DNA of 64,000 nucleotides from Candidatus Eiseniibacteriota bacterium (GTDB taxonomy: Bacteria; Eisenbacteria; RBG-16-71-46; CAVPCR01), in NCBI GenBank assembly GCA_963702435.1, contig CAVPCR010000003.1:256001-320000 (forward strand), given 5' to 3'. Both the position numbers and the translations under genes were made by a program. The notes under the pieces were generated by a model, which was not told the DNA's origin, ran no database searches, and saw only the letters and a list, made by a program, of their open reading frames with translations. Of the stretch, positions 63,838 through 64,000 are shown one piece after another. How positions within the stretch are numbered: the first letter of the stretch is position 1; each line of letters begins with the position of its first letter.

Positions 63838-64000
63838 ATGAATCGTTGGCTATCGCTCCTCGCCCTCGTGGCGCTCGCCGCGAGCCTGGCGGCCGCTGCA
63901 TCGGCCGAGGTCGTCGTGCTCATGCCGGAGTCGACCAACAAGACCGTCCAGAAGTTCGACCCCAATACCGGGACCCACCTCGGCACCTTCCTCGGCCCCG
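63838..64000 (+). CDS. Secreted protein, N-terminal fragment (runs off the window)
   Basis: GGAGG RBS; MNRWLSLLALVALAASLAAAASA signal peptide; VQKFDPNTG..LGTF propeller-like start. Confidence 0.65.
   Translation, partial: MNRWLSLLALVALAASLAAAASAEVVVLMPESTNKTVQKFDPNTGTHLGTFLGP

Overview
High-GC bacterial chromosome segment, mostly housekeeping and envelope genes. A T9SS-type C-terminal domain, a DUF2723 protein and the TonB-receptor type suggest an FCB-superphylum lineage such as Eisenbacteria or Latescibacterota; this is an inference. Left to right: tolC-like, Yip1, tonB, exbD x2, exbB, asnS; a TPR/Zn-finger membrane protein with a DUF4388 protein; a long minus-strand run (ribD-ribE-ribBA-ribH-nusB, metallophosphoesterase, methyltransferase, GT4, flippase-like, DUF2723/TMEM260-like, waaF, gmhB); a GT2/GT-C pair; an ECF sigma/anti-sigma pair facing two tandem S41 proteases; tRNA-Lys, purA, class V aminotransferase, GT4; lon-clpX-clpP-tig-tRNA-Leu; crotonase, thiolase and leuCDB-like genes; an octaheme HAO-family cytochrome with an upstream 55-bp tandem repeat; a nucleotidyltransferase with a small partner; DUF72; LarA-like, elbB, modABC; and an operon of lipoprotein, T9SS-CTD protein, Ig/propeller lipoprotein and TonB-dependent receptor. 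No CRISPR, integrase or transposase is visible. Many genes carry single-base frameshifts (tolC, exbB, lon, clpX, clpP, hao-like, TBDR), most likely sequencing or assembly indels. The best candidates for undescribed systems are the 55-63.5 kb TBDR/T9SS-cargo/lipoprotein operon, the TMEM260-like glycosylation cluster, the ECF plus twin S41 module and the orphan HAO-like cytochrome. All calls come from motif recognition by eye; no database searches were run.
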